From the IMG/VR virus record IMGVR_UViG_2657245091_000008: a stretch of DNA of 64,000 nt. The stretch is one strand, 5' to 3'. The notes beneath the pieces are model-generated. The model saw nothing but the letters and a program-made list of their open reading frames with translations. It was not told the origin of the DNA and did no database searches. Source of the DNA: a virus. Its lineage: Duplodnaviria > Heunggongvirae > Uroviricota > Caudoviricetes. The translations under genes were made by a program, and so were the position numbers. Positions 9,505 to 19,678 of the stretch are shown here, piece by piece; positions within the stretch are counted from its first letter, which is position 1, and each line of letters opens with the position of its first letter.

Positions 9505-9826
9505 TTTCTATCTCCGGTTCCGCGCTCGCGTAATCACGGATCTTGTTCCTCAGCCATGCCACATCAGGAAGAGTTAACGTGGTCCCGGCGGGCATTTCTT
9601 CCATTTCTGACTCATGGCCCACCAGCACCCGGAATACCCAGCGCAAATCTGCATTGCCATACGCCCTGTAGGCTGCAAGGTCTGAACGATATACTTCATC
9701 AATCTTTATCGTGTACTGGAAATTATCAGAGTGATACTCCGATACCCGCTTAATCATTTCCTGGTGAAACAGCGCACGAAAAATATCGTCTTCAATGTAC
9801 CTATCGTCGAGTCTGCTATAGCCCAT
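9497..9826 (-). CDS. hypothetical protein
   Basis: 109-aa ORF whose stop overlaps the start of the SWIM protein gene. Confidence 0.45.
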   Translation of the reverse strand: MGYSRLDDRYIEDDIFRALFHQEMIKRVSEYHSDNFQYTIKIDEVYRSDLAAYRAYGNADLRWVFRVLVGHESEMEEMPAGTTLTLPDVAWLRNKIRDYASAEPEIENA

Positions 9827-10154
9827 AACAAAGCCTCTCAGTCATAACCTGGGGGAAACTGTATGCAGGGTGTGAAATGCGAGAAACAGACAGGCCACCA
9901 GTTCAGGGGGATGTGGTTCATAAATCCCCTCACTGGTGACAAGTGACTTTCATTAATCTTTATGCGGGGGCCAGCTTCCTTTGCTGGCATTAGATTAAAA
10001 ATTAAACGGAGTGAATGACATGGATGTTATCTTCGAATTATTAATGCTAATTGATCTGTTTATGAACGCTTCATTGACCACTCAAATACTCGCGTCAATA
10101 TTTTTGTTACTCTTCTACCTGGTATTGAGGGAGTTAACAAAGCTACTAATGTGA

Positions 10155-10808
10155 TCAAAGTATCACGGTATCTTCATCAACTTCTTTCCCAGCCAGTGAC
10201 TTTGGCTGGGAGGTGCCTGCTTTAACTTTTTCATGCCCAATAATGGAAAGGAACGAAGCGAGTATGCCTGTTTTTTGCTCTTTCTCGACTGTACCGGTCA
10301 TCTGCTCTACGTAATCCGCACTGGCAACGTTGTGGTATACGGTCGCGTAGCAACACAGTATCATCAGAATATGCTCCGGCCTGATATCCTGCCAGTTCAC
10401 CCTGTAGACTTCTTCTCCGTTACCGTTGTATTCGGTATCAACGATAGAGTCGGGGATTTCGAAAGCACCTTTGTTATTTTGCGGCAGGGATAATAGCTTC
10501 TGGAGTTTTAACTCTCTGTATCTTTCCATCCCGACGATGATTGCTGCTCTGCCATCGGCATGACGGGTCTTGAGAGTCACCTGGCTTGCTCCGGTGCCAG
10601 CGGAGATCGTTGGCGTAATTTCGTCTACCAGTACCTTAAATTTGCTTTTCCGCAGGGCTGCTATAGCTGGAGGAATTTTTTGCTTTTGCTCCAATGCTGA
10701 CGCGGGAAGGGGTTTTACTTCGTTAATAATGAGAGCGCCGTCTTTCAGTATTGCAGTGAGCATTTGAGGCTTGCTGGTGGTCAGGCTGAATATTGCGATC
10801 TTTTCCAT
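10155..10808 (-). CDS. hypothetical protein
   Basis: Start set at ATG 10806-10808 preceded by GGAGGAAGG; a GC hairpin plus T run lies just upstream on the minus strand. Confidence 0.5.
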   Translation of the reverse strand: MEKIAIFSLTTSKPQMLTAILKDGALIINEVKPLPASALEQKQKIPPAIAALRKSKFKVLVDEITPTISAGTGASQVTLKTRHADGRAAIIVGMERYRELKLQKLLSLPQNNKGAFEIPDSIVDTEYNGNGEEVYRVNWQDIRPEHILMILCCYATVYHNVASADYVEQMTGTVEKEQKTGILASFLSIIGHEKVKAGTSQPKSLAGKEVDEDTVIL

Positions 10809-11153
10809 TGTCCTTCCTCCACGGATGACGGATACAAAAAAAGGCCGCACATGGCGGCCTGCTTTGGCGTTATGACTCCCTACCGCGCTTCGGCTGAAAG
10901 TTAATCGTCAAAAGAACCTTCAACGGGAGCCGTTAGCGCGATGGATTATGTGCAGTTTGTGATTTCAAAAATAGTGTCAACCACTTTTTTTGGATTTTAT
11001 TTTTTGACAGAAATTTGGCCTAAATCATGTTGATTTGGCTGATTATTTTTATAACATAAAAGTCATTTTGATTGCATGAAGGACGGTGCAGTGAAGTTAA
11101 GGGTTTTAGGGACCGCGCTCGCGGCTAAGATGGTAAAGTATGGAGTTAATGAA

Positions 11154-11996
11154 ATGTTTTTTATAAAAAATGGAAAAAGATGTTCCTCAACAATACTTGC
11201 TACTGTTGTTGCTCTCTCTGTTCCCACATTTGCCTTTGCTTATGATTTTAGCAAAATTGACTGCAATGCCCCTAAAACCAGACAGATGTTAATCGATGAT
11301 TATAATGAACTGCTGAAGGACGATCAGGAAGCAATCTCTGTAATTGATGCTTATAATCAGATCAATGAGATAAGAGAAAAAAATAAGCTCCAATGCCTGG
11401 GAACGTATGAATTCTCAGATGGAAGTGCGCTTAGGGTTAGATATAAGTTATATTTAAATAGCCTCGGCACACCCATATATGAATTTGCTCCAGTTGAGGA
11501 ATTAACGCAAGATGACGTAAGTGCATCTATTCATAATTCCCCTGCAACTCCTGCAACTACAGCGAGCATGGCTGGACATGATAAAAAAAATAATGGTGAA
11601 ACGTATGCCTGTAAGGTGGCTGTAACTTACAAGGGGGAGCGTTCTAACTATATGGGGGATTCCGGAACATGGGATCGTGTGATTACTGACTATGGCACTT
11701 ATTTTTCATGGGATTTGCCACGCGGGAACCGAGGTAACAGCACAGGTCAGGATGCTTTTAGTGGCATGGACGAATCAAAGCCTGTATTAGAAAATCAGCT
11801 AGTGAGAAAGGAAATTGAAAAAGATGGTAGCGTGGTTGATGAGTTTAGGACAGAAGTGAGTTATGGAGACAAACAACCGGTACATAAGTTTGTATATGCC
11901 CGTAGAATAAAACCTACAGGAACGAGAGAATATTATGTCACTGATTTGACGGACAAGCGGGCATTTATGTTTCTGAATTGCCAGCGAGATTCGTAA
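11154..11996 (+). CDS. hypothetical secreted protein
   Basis: Signal-peptide-like N-terminus MFFIKNGKRCSSTILATVVALSVPTFAFA; start chosen at the ATG with GGAG 9 nt upstream. Confidence 0.5.
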   Translation: MFFIKNGKRCSSTILATVVALSVPTFAFAYDFSKIDCNAPKTRQMLIDDYNELLKDDQEAISVIDAYNQINEIREKNKLQCLGTYEFSDGSALRVRYKLYLNSLGTPIYEFAPVEELTQDDVSASIHNSPATPATTASMAGHDKKNNGETYACKVAVTYKGERSNYMGDSGTWDRVITDYGTYFSWDLPRGNRGNSTGQDAFSGMDESKPVLENQLVRKEIEKDGSVVDEFRTEVSYGDKQPVHKFVYARRIKPTGTREYYVTDLTDKRAFMFLNCQRDS

Positions 11997-12002
11997 TTGA
12001 TA

Positions 12003-12032
12003 AAGCAGGCTTAACGACTAAGCCTGCTTTTT
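12003..12032 (+). terminator. rho-independent terminator
   Basis: Hairpin aagcaggctt-aacgact-aagcctgctt followed by TTTTT, between convergent genes. Confidence 0.65.
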
Positions 12033-12037
12033 GGATT

Positions 12038-12388
12038 TTACTCGGTAATAGTTTTGCAGTTGTTTTGGTTTAAGGCCAATCCAAGTTTGCTGGCGGCTAA
12101 CTCATTTTCTGTGTGAGAACCAGCAAATACAAATCCTTGTTTTATCTTATTTACGGTGAAATATTTATTGTATATAAATGCCCAGACAAGTGAAGCTACC
12201 CAAGGACCAATTCCTGCAGTGAGAAATGCCAAGATTAGCATCACAACGAACACCCCGATGAAAGTTATAAAGTCTTTCCTGAACAAAGCCGGGAAGGCAC
12301 CAAAAAAGAACGTAGTCCAGGAGAATCCATAAAAGCCTGAGATGGACTCGCCTGTCCGAGGGTTTTCTAAGTTAATTTTAGTAGCCAA
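12038..12388 (-). CDS. small integral membrane protein
   Basis: 116-aa ORF with two long hydrophobic helices. Confidence 0.5.
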   Translation of the reverse strand: MATKINLENPRTGESISGFYGFSWTTFFFGAFPALFRKDFITFIGVFVVMLILAFLTAGIGPWVASLVWAFIYNKYFTVNKIKQGFVFAGSHTENELAASKLGLALNQNNCKTITE

Positions 12389-12556
12389 AGTTATTCATCC
12401 TTTAACGTAAAAAAACAAATAATTATAAAGCTGTGTGAGTGCGCTATTTTACTAATCTACACTATGTTATGCAATTTATTGGTATCAGGCCCCGGCTAGG
12501 CCGGGGCAAAAGCTATTAACTAACGATCCAGTCCATAGCAATAACATCCTCTGGAG

Positions 12557-13456
12557 CTAAATCAATAGCATGGATTTTCCCGTCCCGGATGGTGCGCCAG
12601 TGCTTTCGTGATCCACCTTCGGGCCATACCATACACCTTCAGGCCAGGAAGAACGACGACACACTGTTGCGTATCCAGTCCTGATCTTCTCTCTGGCGGT
12701 ATGTAGTGACAGATTATCCTTTGGGCTTTCAGGCACAGGATGGTGGATTGCCTGAAACATCCCCATCTTTGGATGATACCAGCGTTTATTGCGTGGTTCT
12801 GCCTCCGACATCACCTGCTTAAAGGCTTTCCGGAAGGGGGCCAGGGCCACAATGGAGCGTCGCGCAAGCAAACCATCTGGAGTTAAAAACTCATGCGTAT
12901 CGGTGGGAATCCGGTAAGCGTTGACCAGGTTTCGGCATTTGGCTTCAGTCAGGCCGCATTTCGCCGCCAGCTGGCGGTAGCCAATGTAGCCTTCCGGCAT
13001 ATTGCCTTTCTTTATTTGCTCGACGGTTTCAGCGACTTTGGACACTTGTGCCGATACTTCGGCTACCTGGGCATTAACAGCGTTGATCCGGCGTTCATGC
13101 TCAAGATGCATTTGCGCCATTTCAGCCAGGATTTCGGCTTTTGATTTTAACGGTTCCCTGGCATTCTCCAGTTCGCGCCAGCGGTCCACCAGCCGGGCGG
13201 TGAATTCCGGAGAGAGCTGTGCGACGACAATGATACTATCGCGCTTGCCTTGTTCGCCTTCGAAGACGTAAGCCTCGACACTACGGCGTAGTCCTAAGTT
13301 GTTGATTTTTTCGAAAACCTCAATTTGAGGAAACCGGACAACGCCACCTTTGGCTAATGTCTCAATAGTGCGTTTCACATTATCATGACGCTTACCCACC
13401 AGTTCCGCGATCTCAATACTGGTCATTGTCGCTTTGCGAGAGATGGGCAGATTCAT
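12557..13456 (-). CDS. antirepressor-like protein (Rha/Ant family), copy 1, with C-terminal extension
   Basis: Clear paralogue of the protein at 53637-54344 over about 230 aa; here the stop is absent and the frame continues about 70 aa through sequence homologous to the small ORF 53440-53640. Confidence 0.65.
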   Translation of the reverse strand: MNLPISRKATMTSIEIAELVGKRHDNVKRTIETLAKGGVVRFPQIEVFEKINNLGLRRSVEAYVFEGEQGKRDSIIVVAQLSPEFTARLVDRWRELENAREPLKSKAEILAEMAQMHLEHERRINAVNAQVAEVSAQVSKVAETVEQIKKGNMPEGYIGYRQLAAKCGLTEAKCRNLVNAYRIPTDTHEFLTPDGLLARRSIVALAPFRKAFKQVMSEAEPRNKRWYHPKMGMFQAIHHPVPESPKDNLSLHTAREKIRTGYATVCRRSSWPEGVWYGPKVDHESTGAPSGTGKSMLLI

Positions 13457-13671
13457 CAGTGCACCTCCACGCAGTTCATCGGCAGATTCCAGTAATTGAG
13501 GATCTCCATCGCATCAAGAGTGAAGCGAGCAGCAAAAATGCAGGGTTCTTCGGGAAGGTATGAGCGCGCTTCTGCTTCGGTTGTAGCCATGACGCAGATA
13601 TACAGGTGTTTTTGGCAGGAATAGAAACGCCAGATAAATTCAGAATGAGTTGGGGTAGGGATAGTAGCCAT
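13456..13671 (-). CDS. Icd-like small protein, copy 1
   Basis: 71-aa ORF overlapping the ant start; paralogue of 54344-54568 (shared EFIWRF, TEAEARS); position matches P1 icd upstream of ant. Confidence 0.5.
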   Translation of the reverse strand: MATIPTPTHSEFIWRFYSCQKHLYICVMATTEAEARSYLPEEPCIFAARFTLDAMEILNYWNLPMNCVEVH

Positions 13672-13980
13672 ATTGGCAGCCTCCTTTTGCTAAGTTAAGG
13701 AGCTACCGCGTGAGGTTCCAATCTCAATGGCGGTAGCACTGACTGGGTTGGAACTACCGGCGCAAAAGGGAACCGGCCTGCCTTTCGGCAGCCCAGCCAG
13801 CACTACCATTGATCTCTGAGCTAAACGCTACGTATGGCTGTGCGATGGCATGACACAAAAAAAGACGCTTTCGGCGTCTGTGTCGCCTTTTGCATTATCC
13901 GGGGTTCCAATCCCGGCACCCGTTTTTCTAAGGTGCCGTAGAAATATACCCCACGATAATGCCAGGGCGCAACAGTCAGT
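13672..13980 (-). ncRNA. structured untranslated leader, candidate c4-like antisense RNA region (copy 1)
   Basis: No credible ORF; GGTTCCAATC occurs twice (13706-13715, 13903-13912) with a partial complement at 13736-13745; hairpin plus T run on the minus strand around 13856-13880. Confidence 0.3.
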
Positions 13981-14482
13981 ATTTTATGCTTTGGCGGATT
14001 TCTTCCGGGCTTGCTTGCAGGCGTAGGCCATTGCTTTAGCTTTCACTTCATCCAGCTTCCCGGTAATCACTTCTTTTCCGAGAGTGACAAACCAGTCATA
14101 GCAACCGCCAGTAATGTTCTTGATTTGAAAGTTGAGGTAGCGAACAGTCATTTTGACACCCCCAGCGCGAATAAAGAATGCAGATTATCGCGTGAGTGGT
14201 GGACGACGAGTGATGGGAAAAGACTGTAGTTGTTCATAGTGTAGTGACTCCTTGCTTTCGGAGCCGCCATCGACTGTTCCACGGTCTGGTGGCGGCGCAA
14301 TAAAGGCTGGAACACCGTGAGTCAACGGGGGCTTTTCAGCCACCTATATTGCACCGCCATAGGTATGGCGGCGGCAATAATACGAAAAACTAAATAGTTT
14401 GTCTCAAAAAGTTGACCGGTGTGCCAATCGGTAGTGAATGTACATCGGAGAAATTTTCAATTCAACTTAAAATGTTAGAAAA

Positions 14483-15061
14483 CTAATTTATCAATTCAAT
14501 TGCCATCTGATACAACGCCATTTCATCGGCATTGTGCCGTATGAAATCTGCTTTTCCGCCTATTTTTCCATCAGCATGAACAGGGACCAGCCAGGGATAT
14601 TGTTCTCGGACCTCGGCTGGCGCTGCGTACTGGTGGTGCCATTTACACAAAGGGAGGACATATTTATGCGCGTTCTCTGCCGTTCTCCCGAAGATATGGT
14701 GCAGGGATACCACTGGGCTATGTTGCCCGTGAATATGGCAGGCAATGCAGGGGAGAGTACCGATAGCGGTCTGTATCCGGCGTTCATCGGCTGTGAGTGA
14801 TCTGCCCTTCAGGCCGCGTGACGTGCGTGTTTTTTTGGGCGGAGCGGATACAGCTTTATCTTTTCTCCGCTGTTCATATTGCTTTGCTTTTTCAATTTTC
14901 TTTTGCCGATATTCAGGCGATGCGGCTTTTTCTCTCGCTCGCTGCTGCTGGCGTTGAGCTTGTTGAAGGCGCTTTGCCCTTTGTTCCTCTCGCCAGGCCG
15001 GGTCAGCCAATTTTTGCATGGCCTTTTGTCTCTGTTTCTCCCAATAACTCTGTTTCTGCAT
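14483..15061 (-). CDS. ref: Ref-like recombination enhancement HNH nuclease
   Basis: 192-aa ORF; highly basic Gln/Arg/Lys-rich N-terminal half and Cys/His-rich C-terminal core (PCIACHIHGQH...LPLCKWHH). Confidence 0.55.
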   Translation of the reverse strand: MQKQSYWEKQRQKAMQKLADPAWREEQRAKRLQQAQRQQQRAREKAASPEYRQKKIEKAKQYEQRRKDKAVSAPPKKTRTSRGLKGRSLTADERRIQTAIGTLPCIACHIHGQHSPVVSLHHIFGRTAENAHKYVLPLCKWHHQYAAPAEVREQYPWLVPVHADGKIGGKADFIRHNADEMALYQMAIELIN

Positions 15062-15107
15062 GATGGCTGCCTCTTACTTTTCAGCGATTTTTCTATGATT
15101 GATCAAA

Positions 15108-15140
15108 ATGGTTAGATATTCAAAATTGATTTTCTAACAC
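15108..15140. promoter_or_regulatory. operator-like inverted pair upstream of ref
   Basis: GGTTAGATATTC ... GATTTTCTAACAC about 50 bp upstream of the ref start. Confidence 0.5.
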
Positions 15141-15333
15141 AAAACATTAATATCATTCCTGATAACTGTTTGGAGGACATGATGCTTATAGCTTTAAGTG
15201 CGATCCACCAGCCATCTGTGAATGAGATTGGCCTGTTCTATGTGTTGTTTTTCGGGGCGTTGGCGCTACTTGAGCTTGGTATTGAGCTTTTCGCAGTGCT
15301 TATGTTTTGCGTCACGATTTTGGGGAAATTTTG

Positions 15334-15945
15334 ATGGTGAAACGTGTTTTGAAAATTTACATCGCGGGGCCGATGACTGGTTATCCAGATTACAACCGTG
15401 CGGCGTTTAATGCGAAAGCGAGCGAGCTGATGGCTGAAGGGCATATCGTTCTGAATCCAGCGGTGTTACCTGGTGGCCTTTGCCAGAGTGAATACATGGA
15501 TATTTGCCTGGCAATGGTGCGTTCTGCTGATGCGATCTATTTGCTCAATCGATGGGAAGAATCGGTTGGTGCTCGTGCAGAGCACGCGCTGGCTGAAAAG
15601 CTGGGGCTGACTGTAATTTATGAGTCACCAACCAACATTGAATGCCAGGTTGCTCCGCATATTTACCGGGAACTGGTCAATGCACTGCGTGATATCGCTG
15701 CTGTATATCACGGCACAGAACAGCTTCGTGAGCGTTTAGCCCATACCATTTCCTATTACCTTTCTTTATCTCATGAGCACAAGCTCCGCCAGAAGGTAAT
15801 GATCAAATTTATCATGAGGTTATCGAAATCCCTGGCAAACGCCGATCCAAAGAATCCATTACCGAAAGAGGCAATGAATTACCTGAAGTCCTGCAACGTT
15901 GTTTCTGAAGATGGCGTTCTTTTGGTTAGAAGGAGTTCTGCGTGA
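15334..15945 (+). CDS. DUF4406-like protein (nucleoside 2-deoxyribosyltransferase-like fold)
   Basis: N-terminal IYIAGPMTG motif; start at the ATG with an upstream purine-rich stretch. Confidence 0.5.
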   Translation: MVKRVLKIYIAGPMTGYPDYNRAAFNAKASELMAEGHIVLNPAVLPGGLCQSEYMDICLAMVRSADAIYLLNRWEESVGARAEHALAEKLGLTVIYESPTNIECQVAPHIYRELVNALRDIAAVYHGTEQLRERLAHTISYYLSLSHEHKLRQKVMIKFIMRLSKSLANADPKNPLPKEAMNYLKSCNVVSEDGVLLVRRSSA

Positions 15946-16259
15946 GCTGGCGGGGATGGGGAAGGGCAGAAATCATGATACTCCGCCAGTGCGCCGGAAC
16001 TATGACGGTCGAGAGTATTGGGAAGCTGATCGGTCGTACCGGTGATGCCGTCAGGACTAAAGCGCGGGAGTTGGGGATCAGCATGATTCTGAAAGGAGAC
16101 TTTCATCCGTCAGCCAAATACCGGCAGAGCGATATAGAACTGGCACGGCAGCTTCATCAGTGTGGTGTTCCCCGCCGTGAGATCGCGGAAAAACTCGAAA
16201 TGCCCCTGGGCATGATTAATCAGTACGTTTATTTCGAAAGGAGAGTGTATGAAGTCTGA
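15942..16259 (+). CDS. hypothetical protein
   Basis: 105-aa ORF in a chain of overlapping start/stop early genes. Confidence 0.45.
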   Translation: MSWRGWGRAEIMILRQCAGTMTVESIGKLIGRTGDAVRTKARELGISMILKGDFHPSAKYRQSDIELARQLHQCGVPRREIAEKLEMPLGMINQYVYFERRVYEV

Positions 16260-16644
16260 AGGTTTAACGCCCGCACAACTGGCAGAGCGTAACGCTGAGT
16301 ATGTAACGGAAATTTCCCGGCTTGAGAAAGCGTGTGCTGCGCTGGCGGCGGAGAATGCGGCGCTGAATAAATTTATCGCACAGAGTTGCTACGTGTTTGA
16401 TGGCGAGCAGGATGAAGTATCTGATGCGTATATCTGCGCAACAGATGGAGGGATGCCGCAAACCCCAGCCACCGACGCTTTTCTGGCTGATGTACGGGCG
16501 GTGGCGTTTAACGAGCTTCGCGCGGCGTTTGTCAGGCACGCAAAAGTTGCAGGACTGGATGATGCCGATACCGTAACGCTTAAGGAAGTGACAGAAGCAT
16601 TGTTGCATTGTGCGGAACAGATTCGCAAAGGAGCTGACAAGTGA
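16249..16644 (+). CDS. Ea22-like protein
   Basis: Coiled-coil ALAAENAALN followed by TPATDAFLADVRA, shared with the 17060-17845 paralogue. Confidence 0.55.
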   Translation: MKSEGLTPAQLAERNAEYVTEISRLEKACAALAAENAALNKFIAQSCYVFDGEQDEVSDAYICATDGGMPQTPATDAFLADVRAVAFNELRAAFVRHAKVAGLDDADTVTLKEVTEALLHCAEQIRKGADK

Positions 16645-17051
16645 AGAAGATGATTTTTGTGGCGGCATTGCTGACCATTACCCAACAGGCGCAGGCTTCA
16701 GCAGTTATTGTGGCATCTACCGCCGCGACCACGGCTGCTGTAGCTGCTGCGAACTCTGCGAATATCGCAAACCAACAGTCACAGCGTGCTGCCAATGCAT
16801 CAGCCAGTGTTCACCCAATCGCCATTAAGGCCAGCAAGAAAAATATAGGTTTCATAACATGCGGCAAACGTTCTGACGAGGCTGTAGGTTCGCTTGGATG
16901 TACGGTATATGGGGATAGTGAGAGTAGAGAAATTCCATGGAAAACGTGGCCCGGATACGTTCTCGGCTCGAAGCTTCCTGCCAGCTATGAAGTAAACGCC
17001 GTATCGTTTGATCACTATAACGGTGTGGCAACTGTCTATTTTGCATATTGA
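16641..17051 (+). CDS. hypothetical secreted protein
   Basis: Signal-peptide-like N-terminus MKKMIFVAALLTITQQAQA. Confidence 0.45.
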   Translation: MKKMIFVAALLTITQQAQASAVIVASTAATTAAVAAANSANIANQQSQRAANASASVHPIAIKASKKNIGFITCGKRSDEAVGSLGCTVYGDSESREIPWKTWPGYVLGSKLPASYEVNAVSFDHYNGVATVYFAY

Positions 17052-17059
17052 GGCTCCGC

Positions 17060-17845
17060 ATGAAATTCTCCAAATTTTCTGAGTTGGTGAATCGTATTTT
17101 GTCCAATAACCACAGCCATCGTCGCGATATGGATGTAACGATCGTTGTTCATTCGCCTGGCAGCATTGGTTCAACACCCTCAGTTGAGGTTCAGTCAATT
17201 CACGCTGGTTTTGATTGGGATTCCGGGAAAGTGCTGATTTTCCCAGCACAGCCACTGACTACGCTAACACCAGAACAGATTACTGATATTACTGATAGTG
17301 TGCGCAAAGGTCAGTCCTGGCACGCATATCAGGAATACAAGAAGCATAAAGAGCGGTTGGAAAAATTATCGATTGAACTTGATACCGCAAAACAGCGCAT
17401 TGCAGAGCTGGAGGGTAATCGCGCGGCGCTGGCTGCGGAGAATGCGAAACTGAAGGCGATATGTGAGGATCGCCGCACGTTCATTATGAATGGCGTGCAG
17501 CTTGGTTTTATCAAGGTGCCGACAGTGGAAATAGATCCAGCTCTTGAAACAATTCGTATCGCCCTATCACCACAAAAAACCACTCCTGCGACCGACACTT
17601 TCCTGGATGAAGTGAAGACTGAAGCACGCAAGGAGGGCGCTTACTTTGTGGCGAACAGGATGCTGGCTGCATGGGAAGCTGGTTTTATTGATGATACTGC
17701 GAAGAACGCCGCGGATATTGCCCGGATGATTCTTACCTCTACTGAGTTTATGGCTAATGCGCGGGAAGGCGATTTTGACCGCTCATTCTCTGATGGCGTT
17801 CTCGAAGATATCGCCGAACAGCTTCGAAAAGGAGGCAAACAGTGA
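17060..17845 (+). CDS. Ea22-like protein (longer paralogue)
   Basis: Same ALAAENAKL coiled coil and TPATDTFLDEVK motif; start at the ATG with upstream GAGG. Confidence 0.55.
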   Translation: MKFSKFSELVNRILSNNHSHRRDMDVTIVVHSPGSIGSTPSVEVQSIHAGFDWDSGKVLIFPAQPLTTLTPEQITDITDSVRKGQSWHAYQEYKKHKERLEKLSIELDTAKQRIAELEGNRAALAAENAKLKAICEDRRTFIMNGVQLGFIKVPTVEIDPALETIRIALSPQKTTPATDTFLDEVKTEARKEGAYFVANRMLAAWEAGFIDDTAKNAADIARMILTSTEFMANAREGDFDRSFSDGVLEDIAEQLRKGGKQ

Positions 17846-18090
17846 GTAATTCCGCACGACTACAGCTTGGTTTTTCACCGCTATCAAAAACCATCGTGTT
17901 GGCAAAAATGCGTGACTTAGGGGATGGAACAAAACGTCGTGTCGGCAATGATCGCGGTCGTGATGTAACCAACGAGGCCGCACAACTCGTTTGGCATCTA
18001 GTCATGGCTGAAGGCGGTGAAATTAATTGGGAGCTGGATGATGGTTCTCGCATGGTATTGAAGGCAGAAAAGCAGGAGCCACCACAGTGA
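17842..18090 (+). CDS. hypothetical protein
   Basis: 82-aa ORF with overlapping stop/start coupling. Confidence 0.4.
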   Translation: MSNSARLQLGFSPLSKTIVLAKMRDLGDGTKRRVGNDRGRDVTNEAAQLVWHLVMAEGGEINWELDDGSRMVLKAEKQEPPQ

Positions 18091-18362
18091 ATATCGACAC
18101 CACGATAACAATCGATACGGCCCTAAATACCGGTCTGGCACTTTTCGGTTGGCTTTACATCATGTCCCGTACCTGGCGATGGCTGGGTTCCATTTTCCTA
18201 AAAGAGTGGAAAAAACGGCGCAAACAGGAACTACGCCAGAAGGCATTAGAAGCGTTCTATGACGCATTTGAGCTTAGCCGCATTGAACCAGGCACAACAG
18301 CCAGAATAGCGACAAAAGGCGACCTGATGATAGTGATGTTCAGACAGGAGAAAACCAAATGA
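18087..18362 (+). CDS. hypothetical small membrane protein
   Basis: 91-aa ORF, one hydrophobic helix. Confidence 0.4.
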   Translation: MNIDTTITIDTALNTGLALFGWLYIMSRTWRWLGSIFLKEWKKRRKQELRQKALEAFYDAFELSRIEPGTTARIATKGDLMIVMFRQEKTK

Positions 18363-18583
18363 CAGAACAGACGATGACAAATCGCGAACTTGTTGATGCC
18401 GCGATTGAACTTGCTGGCGATTTTTATTCCATGATGGGTTACGAGCATCGACCTGGTTTTAAGTATTGGGAGTCACCGCATCCGCAAGAACAACAGGTGT
18501 TTGAAATGGCCTGCCGTGCTTTTGAGGTTATTCGCGGTTCTGATGTGATGGAGGCCGTTGCCGACTTGGAGGATGAAGAGTGA
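18359..18583 (+). CDS. hypothetical protein
   Basis: 74-aa ORF, coupled. Confidence 0.4.
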   Translation: MTEQTMTNRELVDAAIELAGDFYSMMGYEHRPGFKYWESPHPQEQQVFEMACRAFEVIRGSDVMEAVADLEDEE

Positions 18584-18891
18584 GCATCATTAAAGAAATG
18601 CCGGTAGAACGTGATGAATATGGCTGCTGGACACATCCGGAGTATGAGAAGTTTTGCGCAGGTCGTGAATATATTTCCACTGAGGAATTTGACGCCTGGA
18701 TGAAGGAAAATAATCTTCAGTGGACTATTCGCAGTATGGATGAAGATGATTTTGATCTGGACGCAGCTGGACCCGATATTGCCGCCTGGGAACCGGAGCG
18801 ACCAGAGGGTGAAGGCTGGTTTGTTGGCTCTATCCATGACACTGAAGATGGTCCAGTTTGTATCTGGCTGCGGGAGAAGGTTGCCGCATGA
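18580..18891 (+). CDS. hypothetical protein
   Basis: 103-aa acidic ORF, coupled. Confidence 0.4.
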   Translation: MSIIKEMPVERDEYGCWTHPEYEKFCAGREYISTEEFDAWMKENNLQWTIRSMDEDDFDLDAAGPDIAAWEPERPEGEGWFVGSIHDTEDGPVCIWLREKVAA

Positions 18892-19580
18892 TCCAGGCTA
18901 TGCATGAAGTGAATTTATATAGCCGTATTGATGGTTCTGGCTACAGAAACATATGGGTTGTTGGTGATCTGCATGGTTGCTACACCAGACTGATGTCCGA
19001 ACTCCATCGTGTGGATTTTGACCCGGCGCAGGATTTACTGATATCGGTTGGCGACCTTATCGATCGCGGCACCGAAAATGTTGAATGCCTGGAGCTATTG
19101 CAGATGCCCTGGTTTCGGTCAGTTATGGGAAACCACGAGCGATTAATGATCGATGCGTTAAGTCCTGATGGCAACGTGAATAACTGGCTAATGAATGGCG
19201 GACAATGGTTCTTCATGCTGGACGCTGATCAGGAAATATTAGCCAGGGCGCTGGTGGAGTTGGTAAGACGTCTGCCCTATATCATTGAGTTGAACACCGG
19301 GCATGAAACTATCGTTATAGCCCATGCCGACTATCCAGGTGGAGAGTACCAGTTCGGTAAGGATGTGTCGCTTTTTGATGTTGTCTGGTCGCGCAGTCGC
19401 GTCGGTGATTCGATAGATGGCATTGGTGGAGAAATCACAGGCGCAGATCGCTTTATCTTTGGGCACACACCGGTACGAAGACCAAAAGCATACTGGAATC
19501 AGCACTACATAGACACGGGTGCGGTTTTTTGCGGAAATCTGACGCTAATGCAGGTGAAGGGAGGGCAGCTTAAAGTCTGA
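18888..19580 (+). CDS. Ser/Thr protein phosphatase (calcineurin-like, NinI/PrpA-like)
   Basis: Metallophosphatase motifs GDLHGC, GDLIDRG, GNHE; start ATG overlaps the upstream stop. Confidence 0.75.
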   Translation: MIQAMHEVNLYSRIDGSGYRNIWVVGDLHGCYTRLMSELHRVDFDPAQDLLISVGDLIDRGTENVECLELLQMPWFRSVMGNHERLMIDALSPDGNVNNWLMNGGQWFFMLDADQEILARALVELVRRLPYIIELNTGHETIVIAHADYPGGEYQFGKDVSLFDVVWSRSRVGDSIDGIGGEITGADRFIFGHTPVRRPKAYWNQHYIDTGAVFCGNLTLMQVKGGQLKV

Positions 19581-19607
19581 TCAAATCATTTACGCACTCA
19601 AAATTAC

Positions 19608-19636
19608 GTTAGAACATTGATTTTAGTTTTCTAACA
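19608..19636. promoter_or_regulatory. operator-like inverted pair
   Basis: GTTAGAACATTG ... TTTTCTAACAT about 45 bp upstream of the 19679 start. Confidence 0.5.
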
Positions 19637-19678
19637 TATTATTTTACCGCTCGGAACAAAACAGAGTCGGTATGCATT

